NCBI RefSeq assembly: GCF_004010195.1
Contig: NC_057718.1
Span: forward strand, 52,118,238-52,182,237
Length of the DNA stretch: 64,000 nt
Reading direction: 5' to 3'
From: Chiloscyllium plagiosum
Lineage: Eukaryota
Part shown: piece by piece, positions 14,159-26,409 of the stretch
Layout: each line of letters opens with the position of its first letter
How positions within the stretch are numbered: position 1 is the first letter of the stretch
Notes under the pieces: generated by a model
The model's database searches: none
What the model saw: the letters and a program-made list of their open reading frames with translations, nothing else
What the model was told of the DNA's origin: nothing
Program-made: the position numbers and the translations under genes

Positions 14159-14432
14159 GATTAGATTAGATTAGATTACTTTACAGTGTGGAAACAGGCC
14201 CTTCGGCCCAACAAGTCCACACCGACCCGCCGAAGCATAACCCACCCATACCCCGGGGGTGGGGATGAAGGTGATAGATCAGAGAGGAGGGTGGGGGAAG
14301 GTAGCAAAATGTACAATGGGTGGATGGGGGTGGGAATGAAGGTGATGGGTCAGAGAGGAGGGTGGAGTAGATAGGTGGGAAGGGAGATTGGCAGGCAGGA
14401 CAGGTCATGAGGATGGTGCTGAGCTGGAAGAT
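14159..14432 (-). mobile_element. Composite: V-SINE 3' tail (14159-~14252) fused to a Penelope-like terminal fragment (~14255-14432)
   Basis: (gatta)n followed by cagtgtggaaacaggcccttcggccc. The second part is the reverse complement of the sequence type at 10-170. Confidence 0.75.
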
Positions 14433-16044
14433 AGGACCAGGCCTCACAATTTGTCAAAAGCTACCTTCAACTTTGGGTGAGGAATATTCAAAAGAGCCAA
14501 ACAGTGAACTACTGTAAAAATTCAGCTGTTAAATTCATTGTTGGTGTCATTTTTTTTTTAATGTCACAAATAAAGGTCAGCCAATATTTGTAAGATCTCA
14601 GTTAATCTTGCCATGCAATCATTCATTCAGGACAAAACTAAATATCATAAATTACATACCTGCAAAGCCATCAAAGTTCGAGGCTAACTACACCAAAAAT
14701 GCCTCTGTTTATATAACAGATATTTCTTATTGATATGAGACCCTTTCTCAGATGGAACAAGAATACAAGTATATTTATTTCTCTCCCATGCTATACCTTG
14801 GATTGTACTTTTGCTGTAAAAAAGTATTGCATTATTTCACAAGATATGGACAATTATTTAATAATTTTAGAATGTTATAGATTTTATAGTTTATTTGATA
14901 TTTATTCAGGAATTATAGGGACGTTAACATTACATGTGACCAACTAGATTCCATGGCACATTTTTTTAAACAAGGTATTTATTGATTTTTGTGGGCAACC
15001 ACCACTTTTGTCAGTAAGACACACTCGCAATACAACATCAGGAAACTGGGTGTACTGCAATACCCAGTCACAAATAATAATTGAAGGTGACCACCTTCCT
15101 GTCACATCTGGCTAGTCTGAAACACTGATTTGCTAGTTTTTTGAAGGATGCATTTCAAACATACCTCAAAATGATCATCACCAGAGCCAAATTTGAATGG
15201 TTTCAAGCAGGTGAAATTGAATACTGTAAGAATCAGAAGAATTGTTTTGTCTTATTTATACAGAAATTATTTCTAACAGAGGACCCAAAAATTTTGCAAT
15301 AGGTCTCCCCTGCCACTAATTGACCATTTAAGGACCTTAATTGGTGATAGGTCCAGAAGGTCACTCAAGGACATTGCCATCCAGAAGTTAATCAATGTGA
15401 TGGTGAGAAGGGAGTGAGTTTCTCTCCAACTGGCCCAATATTTCTCTTTCTCATTGTTTCCTTGAGGAACAGATTGAGTCCTATAATCGGACATGACTGA
15501 ATTCAGTTGAGTGGGTTGGAACTATGTTGTGACATGTCCATAGCCATCTCCATTATTTGTACCAATTCCATCAATATGCTGCTGAGAATTTCAATATGGC
15601 CAGATATCTGTGTGGGAGCATTCCTCTAAGATGCAATGGGAATGTGCTACTTGATGCTTCTACTGATACTTCCTTCATTTGGTTCTTCAGTGTGAGGAGT
15701 TCAGAGGAAATAAACTATTGCTGTTTTGAAATCATAGTCAGCATAACATCAGTCTAAGCACTTACACCTCATAAGCTCAAATAAAGGTGTTGATTAATGA
15801 CATAGTGAGGGAGGAGGGTGGGAAATGCAGATCAGTAAAGTAATCATGCTGCACTAGATACATGTAAGACGTGAATGAAATCATTTATTTTAAAACTGGA
15901 AGAAGATTCAAAATAGCACATTTATTACTTTTTTAAAAAAGTACCTACACATAACAAAGATTTTCGCAATTGAACACACTTAATTTGCATGGATTAAGTT
16001 TCTCCAATAAGCTTAAGACTAAACTTCAAATGTTAACAAAAATC

Positions 16045-16270
16045 TACATTTCTGAGAAATTCAGCAGATTTGGTGACAAACTGCACACTTAACATTCTTG
16101 GGTCCATTGACCTTTTTTCAGAACTGAAGGTCCCTTCGAAAAAAGGGTAATTGGATCTGAAATGTTAACTTTGATTTCCCTCCACAGGTGCTGCTTGACT
16201 TGCTGAGTTTCTCCAGCAATTTCTGTTTGTGTTTCAGACTTCCAGCATCTGCAATTCTTTCTTGTATTCA
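16045..16270. mobile_element. Degenerate palindromic Penelope-like terminal element
   Basis: ttaacattcttgggtccattgacctttttt mirrors aaaaaagggtaattggatctgaaatgttaa; followed by gctgagtttctccagcaatttctg...ttccagcatctgca. Confidence 0.55.
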
Positions 16271-17644
16271 AATATTGACTGTTGCTTCACATTTCTATCC
16301 TTCAGTTGGATTAATTATAATATCAGCTCTCCTTGATAAATTGTTAATGTGTCACTGCCTTTTTTTTTATTAATGCAGTTTCTCGGATGGGATTTTGTTG
16401 TGCAATCCCTTTTAAGGTTGATACCTTTAGCAGAATTATCACTTCCTTAATGGTAATTGTGCCTTCAGTTACTTTACTTCAATGATGGCAGCCATCACTT
16501 ATTTTACACAAACAGCAAGTATCAGCTTTTCCTAGGTCTTTTCCCTCTCACGTTAAATATTAATTTCTTTAAGGATTTTGTTGCCTAAAATACAATTGAA
16601 CATAATTTTTTTAAATTGTAGCTGAAATAAAATTATTTTATTGCACAGGCAATTGCTCCAGAAAATTGGTGCTAATTTAATGCTGACACTTCCGACTTTT
16701 TCTAGTTTTTATTTTGTGTGTATTTCAAGAGCTTTATTTTAAACCTTGTTTGGTCAATTTGGGTTTTTCATAATCTTTATATACATGCTGCATGGCTGGG
16801 GGCCATTGACACTGGTGTTACATGGGGTTGCTAGAATGCTGGTTGATCACCTTCATATTTATCAGAGTTTTTAGGGATTTGGTAGGCAGCTTTGCAACCA
16901 GAAACCCTTCCTGACATTAATCCTTTCAACTTATAGAGGCTGGGGACCAACATCAATGCATGCAGACTTGTCTCCACTCTTTCATAGTCAACAAATACTC
17001 GAATAGACTTCAATGAAGGATTTACAGCTCAGAGTCAGATAGTAACTCCGTTCCCTTGTATGTATGACTCATAATTAACTCATAAAAATTAAATCAAATG
17101 TACAGCACAAAAACCAATCATTTTCCCAGAGCTACCTCTCCCCCATGCTTTTATTTAGCATCTCCTTAATTGCATTTAAATTATTTGCATCAACTACTAC
17201 TTGTTGTGCAGTGTACAATCCTCTGATCGCTCTTGATATAAATATGTTCTACTTGAAATCCCCATTGGATTCATTAATGATTATCTTATATTTATGATGC
17301 TAGTTTTGGTCTCCTCCAAAAGTTAAAATATCTTCTCAAATTTTGATCCCCCATAAAAACAAACTTTATGGTCTTAAGACACCTCAGTTTGTTCACCCCT
17401 CAGTCTAATATCTTTGAGCGAAAAGAGCTGCAGCCAATTAATTTTGTTCCTGTTGGGAATAACTCCTCAGATCTGGTATCATCTTTGTCAATCTCTTTTT
17501 CCATTCCCCAGTCCATCTATATGCTTTCTTTGTCATGACTCCTACTTTTCTAAATATCTTTTCAATCAGAGTTAAGTAATAAACTCCCCTTCCAAATATA
17601 AATTGCAGTTAAACATTTAGGCTTTGATTTCGCCAGTCATATTA

Positions 17645-19085
17645 GAACATAAGGACCAAAGAGCTAGAAGCAGGAGCAGGCCATATGGTTGGTCCACTCT
17701 GCTCTGCCATTCAGCACTATCATCACTGATCATTGGGATTAACTCTGCTTCCCACCCCATCCCTTGATTGTCTGAAAGATGAAAGGTCTGGCAATCTCAG
17801 CTCTAAATACATTCAATGATAAACTGAAAATAATCTGTTATGTCATGAATTTGAAAGATTTATAACCATTTTAGTGAAAGAGATTCTCACCTAAGCTGTA
17901 AAGGGTCTGCACCTTTAACTGAGACTGGACTCAAGAGTTCTAAATATCACAATTCTAGGAGGGGGTCAAGTAGCTCAGTTGGGCTTACTGACTCAAGCTT
18001 GATGCAGGACAAAGCTAACTGCATGAGTTCAATTTTCATATCGGCTATGGTAATTCATAAGGGGTCTGAATCTTTGCTTCACCCTGTGCCTTTTAAGACT
18101 GTAAAATTTAGGAGCAGAATTAGGCTATTCGGCCCTTCAAGTCTGCTCCACCATTTGATCATGGCTGACATGCTTCTCAACTCCATTCGTCTCTCTTTGC
18201 CTTGTAAACTTTGATCTCCTTACCAAGAACCGAGCTATTTCTGTCTTAATGACATTCAATGCATTGTGGCAATGGGTTCCACAGATTAACTACCCTCTGG
18301 CTGAAGAAATTCCTCCTCATCTCAGTTCAATTTGAGGTTGTACCCTTGGGCCCTCATCCTAACTAGTGGAAAGATCTTCTTCGTGTCCACTCTATCCAGT
18401 ACTCTCAGTACTCTGTAAGTTTCAAATGAGATCCCTTATCATCCTTCTAAACTTCAGCAAGTACAGACCTGGAGTCCTCAACCGCTCCTCATGTGACAAG
18501 CTCTTCGTCTCCGGGATCATTCTTGGAAGCATCCTATAGACCCTCTCCAAGGCCAGCACATCCTTCCTTAGATACAAAATCCAAAAGTGCTCACAATATT
18601 TCAAATGCGGTCTAAACACAGCCTTAGACAACCTCAGCAGCCCACCTCTGCTCTTGTAATATATCTCGCTTGAAATGAATACTGACATTGCATTTGACTT
18701 CCTAAACTGCATATTAATCTTAAGAGAATTCTGAAGTAGGACTCCTATCCCTCAAACTGGACGGCAACCTTTTTGTTAGTAGAAGGAAAGACAATGATTG
18801 GTATTACATTCTTTCCCACACTTTCAAGGCCCTTCACAATCTTGTATGATTTAATGAGATCACTCCTGATTCCCATAAAATCCTGAGAAGATAGGCCCAA
18901 TTTACTCAGCCTTTCATTATAAGATAATCTTCTTATTCCAGGGAGCAACCTAACAAAGCTTTGCAATAGTGGCTGAAGTGCAACAATATCCCTCAGTAAA
19001 TATGAAGGTAAAACTGCACAAGAGGTACAGTCTCACCAAAGCCCCATACCATTGTAGAAAGGCTTTTTTATTCTTGTATTCTGAT
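17645..19085 (-). mobile_element. Cluster of old CR1 3' fragments
   Basis: Minus-strand ORFs 18422-18712 (RPHLKYCEHFWILYLRKDVLALERV) and 18745-18966 (LSYNERLSKLGL...SDLIKSYKI). Confidence 0.8.
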
Positions 19086-19275
19086 TGTTTGTGTCAATGT
19101 TTATATGAACAAAGTAAGTGATCAGGTACATGTCAACTTTTAGTGTTTATCAACCCTGACCCTTCATTCACCCCTGCATTTTGAAGCAAAATAAAATTCT
19201 AGAGACATAATTGCAAGACCAGTGAGAGTTATCCAGAAGTTATGGGCAACTTGGAAAGTATCATGCAGGTAGTTT

Positions 19276-19545
19276 GGATTAGATTCCCTACAGTATAGAA
19301 ACCAGCTCTTTGGCCCAACAAGTCTACACCCAGACCCATTCCCTTACCCTATATTTACCCGTGAATTGGCAATTTAGCATGGCCAATTCATCTGACCTGC
19401 ACATCTTTTGGATTGTGGGTAGAAACCAGAGCACCTGGAGGAAACCCACACAGACATGGACAGACTGTACAAATTCCACACAGGCATTCTCCCAAGGCAG
19501 GAATCGAACCTGGGTCCCTGGCCCTGTGAGGCCACTGTGCCACCC
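19276..19545 (-). mobile_element. V-SINE (HE1-like), internally deleted
   Basis: gattagattccctacag tail, ggcaatttagcatggccaatt, and an aggttcgattcc B box on the minus strand. Confidence 0.85.
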
Positions 19546-20820
19546 CTTCTTCCATAATACATAGTTCTTCTACAATAGGATGGTTGCATTTTTGTACAAG
19601 CCTGCATTTTAGAAAAATTGCGCTTTAGAAACAGAGCTTAAAGCATTGGTGATGTAATCACATTACAGCCAACACTTGTTTTAAAAATTCACACTTTGGA
19701 AATAGTGTTCCCAATTCTTCAATCATGTTACAGCAAATACATGTCAATGAAACGTGCAATAAATTGCTAATATTAATAAAAATATGTTGGGGAGCAAGAG
19801 GCCATTACTTAATTTCTGTACTTGATGATGTACTCTAAGTTGATATACCAGCTCAACTTATTTTGTTCATATTCAGATTAGAAATAATAAAAAGAAAAAT
19901 GTACACATTTAATAAATCTATGTATGTAGATCTGAATATTATTCAAGCTATCTGATGATCAATTTATTTGAGCACTAAGTTGCTGGACTTTTTCCATTCT
20001 TCTATTGGATTTATTGGACAATTTTTGTTGAGCAAAATAATTTTAAATGATCAGTACAGTGGAAATACTTGAAAAACAAAAACAGATTCTGAGCATGAGT
20101 CCTGAATTTGAATCATTTATTTGTCAGAAAGATGTAATGACATGGAATACTATTGCAGATACAATTCTTAAGAAGTAAGAGACAATTCAATTTTTCACTA
20201 GATTCTGTATATTTCTTGGGTACCACTGCAGAACTTACATGATAAGCAACTGAACAACAAAGTCTGGATCTCTTGTATCACATGCATTTCATCACCAATA
20301 CATCCATAATATACGGGACAGCAAAGTTCCATATATTATGGATATATTAATGAAGAATTTTACTGTCCTTCGTCAAACGACCCCTGAATCCCCAACCCAC
20401 CTACAATGGCAAGATGACATTTGGCGGGGGGAAGCCAAACATTGGGTTAGATGAAAGGGGAGCTATTCCAGCAGGTAACTACCTCCAATGCAATTTTACC
20501 AGTGGTAGGGTAAGGCATTGGGTAGCCGTTCATGGGCCAACATGTGGAGCCCTTCTTTCAGGATGTCATGTGCACTGGATGACCCCATTGCCTCCCATCC
20601 ACTAATCCCCCAAACCAGCCTTGTCGCCCTCTCACCAGAGCCTGTCAGCTGAGCCCTGGCAGTATTATGAACTTAGCTTTATCAAGGCTCCATCACCAAA
20701 TTACTTCCTCTGTCCCAGCAGTGCCTACTTTTCCTGGTGGCGGTACTAGGACAGGAGATATACCAGACCTACTATTGGATTGCAATTCTGTGAGGTGCTC
20801 TTTTCCCCCTGGGGGTAGAA

Positions 20821-20999
20821 GGTAAAAACAATGACTGCAGATGCTGGAAACCAGAGTGTAAATTAGAGTGGTGCTCTGCACCCTTCAGGCTCTCTGCCTG
20901 TATTCCTGATGAAGGGCTTTTGCCCGAAATGTCGATTTTACTGCTCCTCAGATGCTGCCTGAACTGCTGTGCTTTTCCAGCACAACTCTAATCTAGACA
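20821..20999 (+). mobile_element. Short Penelope-derived insertion with a hammerhead motif and 12-bp TSD
   Basis: ctgggggtagaa at 20809-20820 and 21000-21011. Short inverted 5' segment followed by ctgatgaagggcttttgcccgaaatgtc. Confidence 0.8.
20901..20938 (+). ncRNA. Minimal type-I hammerhead ribozyme-like motif (stem III mutated to ATGT)
   Basis: CTGATGA-A-GGGC-TTTT-GCCC-GAAA-T-GTC. Confidence 0.6.
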
Positions 21000-21434
21000 C
21001 TGGGGGTAGAAAGCCCAAGGCAAGCTAATCAATGGTTTGTGAGTTACTAAATGGCTGCTGGTCAGTTGGTCAAATGAGATGAGCTCACCCCTCCATTGAC
21101 CAATGGTTGATTGATTTCTACGCTCAGTTTGGGGTCTATGTGTCTTCAGCAGTGGGCAAAAACATTCACAGGAACTAATCAAAGCATAACTATTTTGTCT
21201 TACATAGGGAATTTCTTGCAAATATCCTCACAAATTATTTTAAGTAATCCTCTTTGCAAAAATGTTACCTCTCATTATTCATGAGTAACATACACACAAT
21301 ATTCACTAATAGGAGAGGAGACATTTCTTGTCCAAAAACAGAGTCATAGAGTTATAGAGATATACAGCATGGAAACAACTTGTGCTTTGGTCCAACTCGT
21401 CTGTGTTGACCAGATATCCTAAACTAATCTTGTC

Positions 21435-24200
21435 CTATTTGCCACCATTTGGCCCATATCCCTCCAAATCCTTGCTATTAATATCCCCATCCTCATGCCT
21501 TTTAAATGTTGTAATTGTAGCAGTCCACCATTTCCTTGTCAGCTCATTCGATATACGCACCAGCCTCTGTGGGAAAAAGTTGCCCCTTAGGTCCCTTTTA
21601 AATTTTTCCCCTTTCACCCTAAACCTATGCCGTCTAGTTCTGGACTCTTCCACCCCCAGGAAAAGACATTGTCTATTTACCCTATCCATACCCCGCATGA
21701 TTTTATAGACTTCTACAAGGTCACCCCTCAGCCTTCGGTGCTCCAGGGAAAATAGCCCCAGCCTATTTAGCCTCTCCCTACAGCTCAAATTCTCCGATTC
21801 TGGCAACATCTTTGTAAATCTTTTCTGAACCCTTTCAAGTTTCACAGCGTCTTTCCTATGGCAAGGATACCAGAATTGCACACAATATTCCAAAAGTGGT
21901 CCAAACAATATCAGATATAGCCACAACATGACCTCCCAACTCCTATACTCGATGTTTTGTCCAATAAAGGAAAGCATTCTAAACGCCTTCTTCACTATTG
22001 CATCTACCTTCAGCTCCACTTTCATGGAACTATGAACCTGCACTCCAAGATCTCTTTGTTCAGCCACACTCTCCAATACCTTATAATTAAACATATAATT
22101 TCTGCCCTGATTTGCCTTTCCAAAATGTAGTATCTCACGTTTATCTAAATTAAACTCCATTCACCACTCCTCGGCCCATTGGCCCATCTGATCAAGATCC
22201 TGTTGTACTCTGAGATAACCTTCTTTGCTGTCCACTGCACCTCCAATTTTGGTGTCATCTGCAAACTTACTAACTATACCTCCTATGTTCACATCCAAAT
22301 CATTTACATAAATGATGAAAAGTAGTGACACTCCACTGGTCACAGGCCTCCAATCTGAAAAACAATCCTCCACCACCACCCTCTGTCTTCTACCTTTGAG
22401 CCAGTTCTGATTCCAAATGGCTAGTTCTCCCTGTATTCCATGTGATCTAACCTTGCTAATCAGTCTTCCATGAGGAACCTTGTCGAACTCCTTACTGAAG
22501 TCCATATAGATCACATCCACCACTCTGCCCTCATCAATCCTCTTTACTACTTCTTCGAAAAACACAATCAAGTTTGTGAGACATGATTTCCCATTGAAAA
22601 AGCCATGTTTACTATCCCTAATCAGTCCTTGCCTTTCCAAATATATGTAAATCCTGTCTGTCAGGATTCCCTCCAACAACTTGCCCACCACTGATGTCAG
22701 GCTCACCGGTCTGTAGTTCCCTGGCATTTCCTTACCATCTTTCTTAAATAGTGGCACCACATTACCCAACCTCCAATCTTCTGGCACCTCACTTGTGACT
22801 ATCAATGACACAAATATCTCAACAAGGGGCCCAGCAATCACTTGCCTAGCTTCCCACAGAGTTCTAGGGTACACCTGACCAGGTCCTGGGGATGTATCCA
22901 CTTTTAAGCATTTTAAAACATCCAGAACCTCCTCCTCTGCAATATGGACATTTTTCAAGATGTCATCATCTATTTCCTCACATTTTATATCTTCCATGTC
23001 CTTCTCCACAGGAAATACTGATGCAAAATACTTATTTAGTATCTCCCCATCTCCTGCGGCTCCGCACAAAGGCTGCCTTGCAGATCTATTCTCTCCCTAG
23101 TTATCCTTTTGTCCTTAATGTATTTATAAAATCCCTCTGGATTCTCCTTAACGCGATTTGCTAAGCGATCTCATGTCCCCCTTTTTGCCCTCCTGATTTC
23201 CCTCTTAAATATACTCCGGCTGCCTTTCTCCTCTTCTTAAGATCCACTTGCTCTCGACTGTCTTCATCTGATATATCTTTCCCTCCTTTTCTTGACCAAA
23301 ACCACAATTTCTCTAGTCATCCAGCATTCCCTACACCTACCAGCCTTGTCTGTCACTCTAACAAGAATATACTGTCTCTGGACTCTCGTTATTTCATTTT
23401 TAAAGGCTTCCCATTTTCCAGCCGTCCCTTTACCTGCGAACATATGCCCCAATCAATTTCTGAAAGTCCTTGCCTAATACCGTCAAAATTAGCCTTCCTC
23501 CAATTTAGAACTTTAACTTTTAGATCCAGTCTATCCTCTTCCACCACTATTTTAAAACTAATAGAATTATGGTCACTGGCCCAAAAGTGTTCCCCCACTG
23601 ACATCTCAGTCACCTGCCCTGCCTTATTTCCCAAGAGTATGTTGAGTTTTGCACCTTCTCTATTAGGTACATCCACAAACTGACTCAAAACATTTTCTTG
23701 TACATACCTAACAAATTCCTCTCCATCTAAACCCTTAACACTCTTGCAGTACCAATTTATGTTTGGAAAGTTAAAGTCCCTACCATAACCACCCTAATTA
23801 TTCTTACAGATAACTGAGATCTCCTTACAAGTTTGTTTCTCAATTTCCTGCTAACTACTGGGGAAGTCTACAGTACAATCCCAAGAAGGTGATCATCCCT
23901 TTCTTAGTTCTCAGTTTCACCAAAATAACTTCCCTGGACCTATTCCCAGGTATATCATCCCTCAGTACAGCCGTAAATCACTTATCAAAAATGCCACTCC
24001 CCCTCCTCTCTTGTCTCCCTTTCTGTCCTTCCTGTCGCATTTGTAACCTGGAACATTAAGCTTCCAGACCTGTCCATCCCTGAGCTACCGATCTGTAATT
24101 GCTATGATATCCTAGTTCCATGTTCCTAACCATGCCCTGAGTTCATCTGCCCCCCTATTAGGCCTCTTGCATTGAAGTAAATACAGTTTAATTTATCAGT
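21435..24200 (-). pseudogene. CR1 ORF2 (endonuclease / reverse transcriptase), fragmented
   Basis: ORF pieces 24126-24329, 23389-23688, 23264-23452, 22161-23069 and 21435-22160. Confidence 0.93.
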
Positions 24201-24329
24201 CCTCCCTCGTTCTCTGCTTTGTTCCTGCCTGCCCTGACTGTTTGACTTGGTCCTTTTCCCAACTGTACCAGTTTCAGACTGATCACCTTCCTCACGATCT
24301 TCCGTGCTCTTGCCCCCACCCACTCCCAT

Positions 24330-25255
24330 CCCCCAACCATACGAGTTTAAATCCTCCCGAGCAGCTCAAGAAAATATCCCTGCTAGAATATTCGTCCACT
24401 TCCAATTCAGGTACAATTTGTCCTCCTTGTACAGGTCACTTCTATCCCAGAAGAGATTCCAATGATCCAAAAATGTGAAACCCTTCTCCCCTGCACCAGC
24501 TTCTCAACCATGCATTCATCTGCTCTATCCTCTTATTTTCCCTTCGCTAGCTTGTAGTACCAGGAGTCATCCAGATATCACTACCCTTGAGGACCTTTTT
24601 AAATTACTGCCTAACTTCCTATATTCTCCTCTCATCCTTTTTCCTTGCCATGCTGTTAGCTCCAATGTGTACAACGACATCCTGCTGGTTCCACTCCCCT
24701 TTGAGAATATTCTGCACTTTCTCTGAGATATGTTTGATCCTGGCACCAAGGAGGCAACTCTTCATTTTAATTTCCCACTGATATCCACAGAAACATCTGT
24801 TTGTGTCTCTGACATGAGAGTCCCCTGTCACAGTTGATTTTTTGGAACCTGGCATATCCGTTGTTACATTAGAGCCAATGTCCGTACCAGAAACTTGCCT
24901 GTTCATGCTACATTCCCCTGAGAGTCCATCACTTTCTACATTTTCCAAATCAATATACTCTTTGAGATGGGTATAGCCACAGGAGACTCCTGCACTAACT
25001 GCCTCCCTCTCCTACCTTTCCTGGAGGTAACCCATCTCCCTGACTATATCTGTGGTTATTCTCCCTTCCTATAACTGTCATCCATCACACCCCCTAACTC
25101 CTGTAAATTCCTCATTGCTTCTAACTGCCACTCCAGTCAATCCATGTGGTCTGATAGGATTTGCAACCAAGACACTTCCTGCAGACATCACCATCAGTAA
25201 CATGGAAACTCTCCCTAATCCTCCACATCTGACAGGAGGAGCACATCTGTTACTT
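24330..25255 (-). pseudogene. CR1 ORF1 (zinc-finger-like motif plus SGNH/GDSL esterase), fragmented
   Basis: CSSCQMWRIRE...DVCRKC near 25250-25165; TGDSHVRDTNRCFCG...CLLGARIKHI...VVVHIGANSM in ORF 24619-24948. Confidence 0.85.
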
Positions 25256-25486
25256 CCCATGTCGAGATTTTATTATCCTATTACCTCATTATTTTCCGCC
25301 ATAACTGCCAATATAAATCCTTCTCATTTAATGTTAATGTCAATTGTGACAATTTAGGTTTGAATCTTAAATCTGCAGCCAGGAACCAGAATGGAACACA
25401 GTTCAAGTCCTAATCCCAATGCATCTTTCAGGTACACCTCTGCAGATTATCAAATCTTCAGCTAATTAAGTACCAAGAGTGATCTC

Positions 25487-25720
25487 TGAAATAAGTCCAA
25501 GAAGGCCAGTATCCCATCACCCAGTCACCCATTACTTACATGTGGAGAGTCCTTGACACTGATCCAGCTCCAACAGAGCCAGCTCTCAGAATGAATAGGG
25601 TGTCTGACACTATTCTTATCTGTCAGCCAGGGCTCTTTGATTGAACCAGATTAACAGCCCTATTCAGAGAACTCATATTTTGTGAGGTCCACCTGGCTGA
25701 TGTTCATTACAATTACTGCA
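25487..25720 (-). mobile_element. Probable solo LTR (~234 bp)
   Basis: The minus strand begins TG(CAGTAAT) and ends (TTATTT)CA, with imperfect terminal inverted similarity and degenerate CCAAT/TATA-like internal motifs. No clean TSD seen. Confidence 0.5.
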
Positions 25721-26409
25721 AGCTTGCTATCCTAATAAGGAGACAAATGGGATTCTCAGACTGAAGGATCAATGGGAGATCCATCATCACTGGAAATGGC
25801 AGCCTTACAATGAAGGTGGGAGCTGCCAAAGTGAAAATGGAAGTAACCAGAGCAGTTACATCTATTGCTGTACTTCAAAAAAGCCACAGCTACCTGCCCA
25901 TGATAGTTATGGATTTAGGATGGGAGTGGCTGCTCACATGAACCATTGGTACTACACCCCAACCAAGTAACTTTCTATCCTCAGCCCATCGTATTTGAGT
26001 CTGATATGGGCTGCCCTCCATACTGATTGTGGATTCTAATCAGCACATGAATGGAACATGAAAGGGCTCCTTATCTGAAAAAAATTGGCTGTCTGTTATT
26101 TCTCATTCCAGCCAATCCAACCTTGAGTTGCCTTTACGTGAAGTCAGAGAAGCCAAAATCAGGCAATAGCCCTCCTCCAATCTAATTTCAATCCTTTTGA
26201 AAATGTGGGCCACAGTTTTGGGTTCTAATGACTAATGCTTTGTTAAATTTAATTTTTGAATTGTCCCACTCAACCCCATCACTACGTTTGTTAAAATAAA
26301 TTTTATATTCATTTCCAAATAACATTGCGGAGCAGATGGCATTATAAAGCAAAGATTGCTGAGCTATCCATCCTCTAAACCCATCATTACAATCATAAAT
26401 GTTATATTA

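Larger units (their letters stand above)
21341..25270 (-). mobile_element. Near full-length CR1/HER1-type LINE with ORF1 and ORF2, inactivated by stops and frameshifts
   Basis: ORF1 has a CxxC...CxxC motif and an SGNH esterase. ORF2 has an APE endonuclease start (LNCIYFNARGL; SDHNSI) and RT (NYRPVSLTS, YMDFSKEFDKVPH, KFADDTK). The 3' tail is at 21341. Confidence 0.95.

Noticed and set aside
14651..14705. Short exon-like segment on the minus strand ending CAG|gtatgt
   Set aside because: Stops in all three frames, a weak acceptor and no supporting neighbours.
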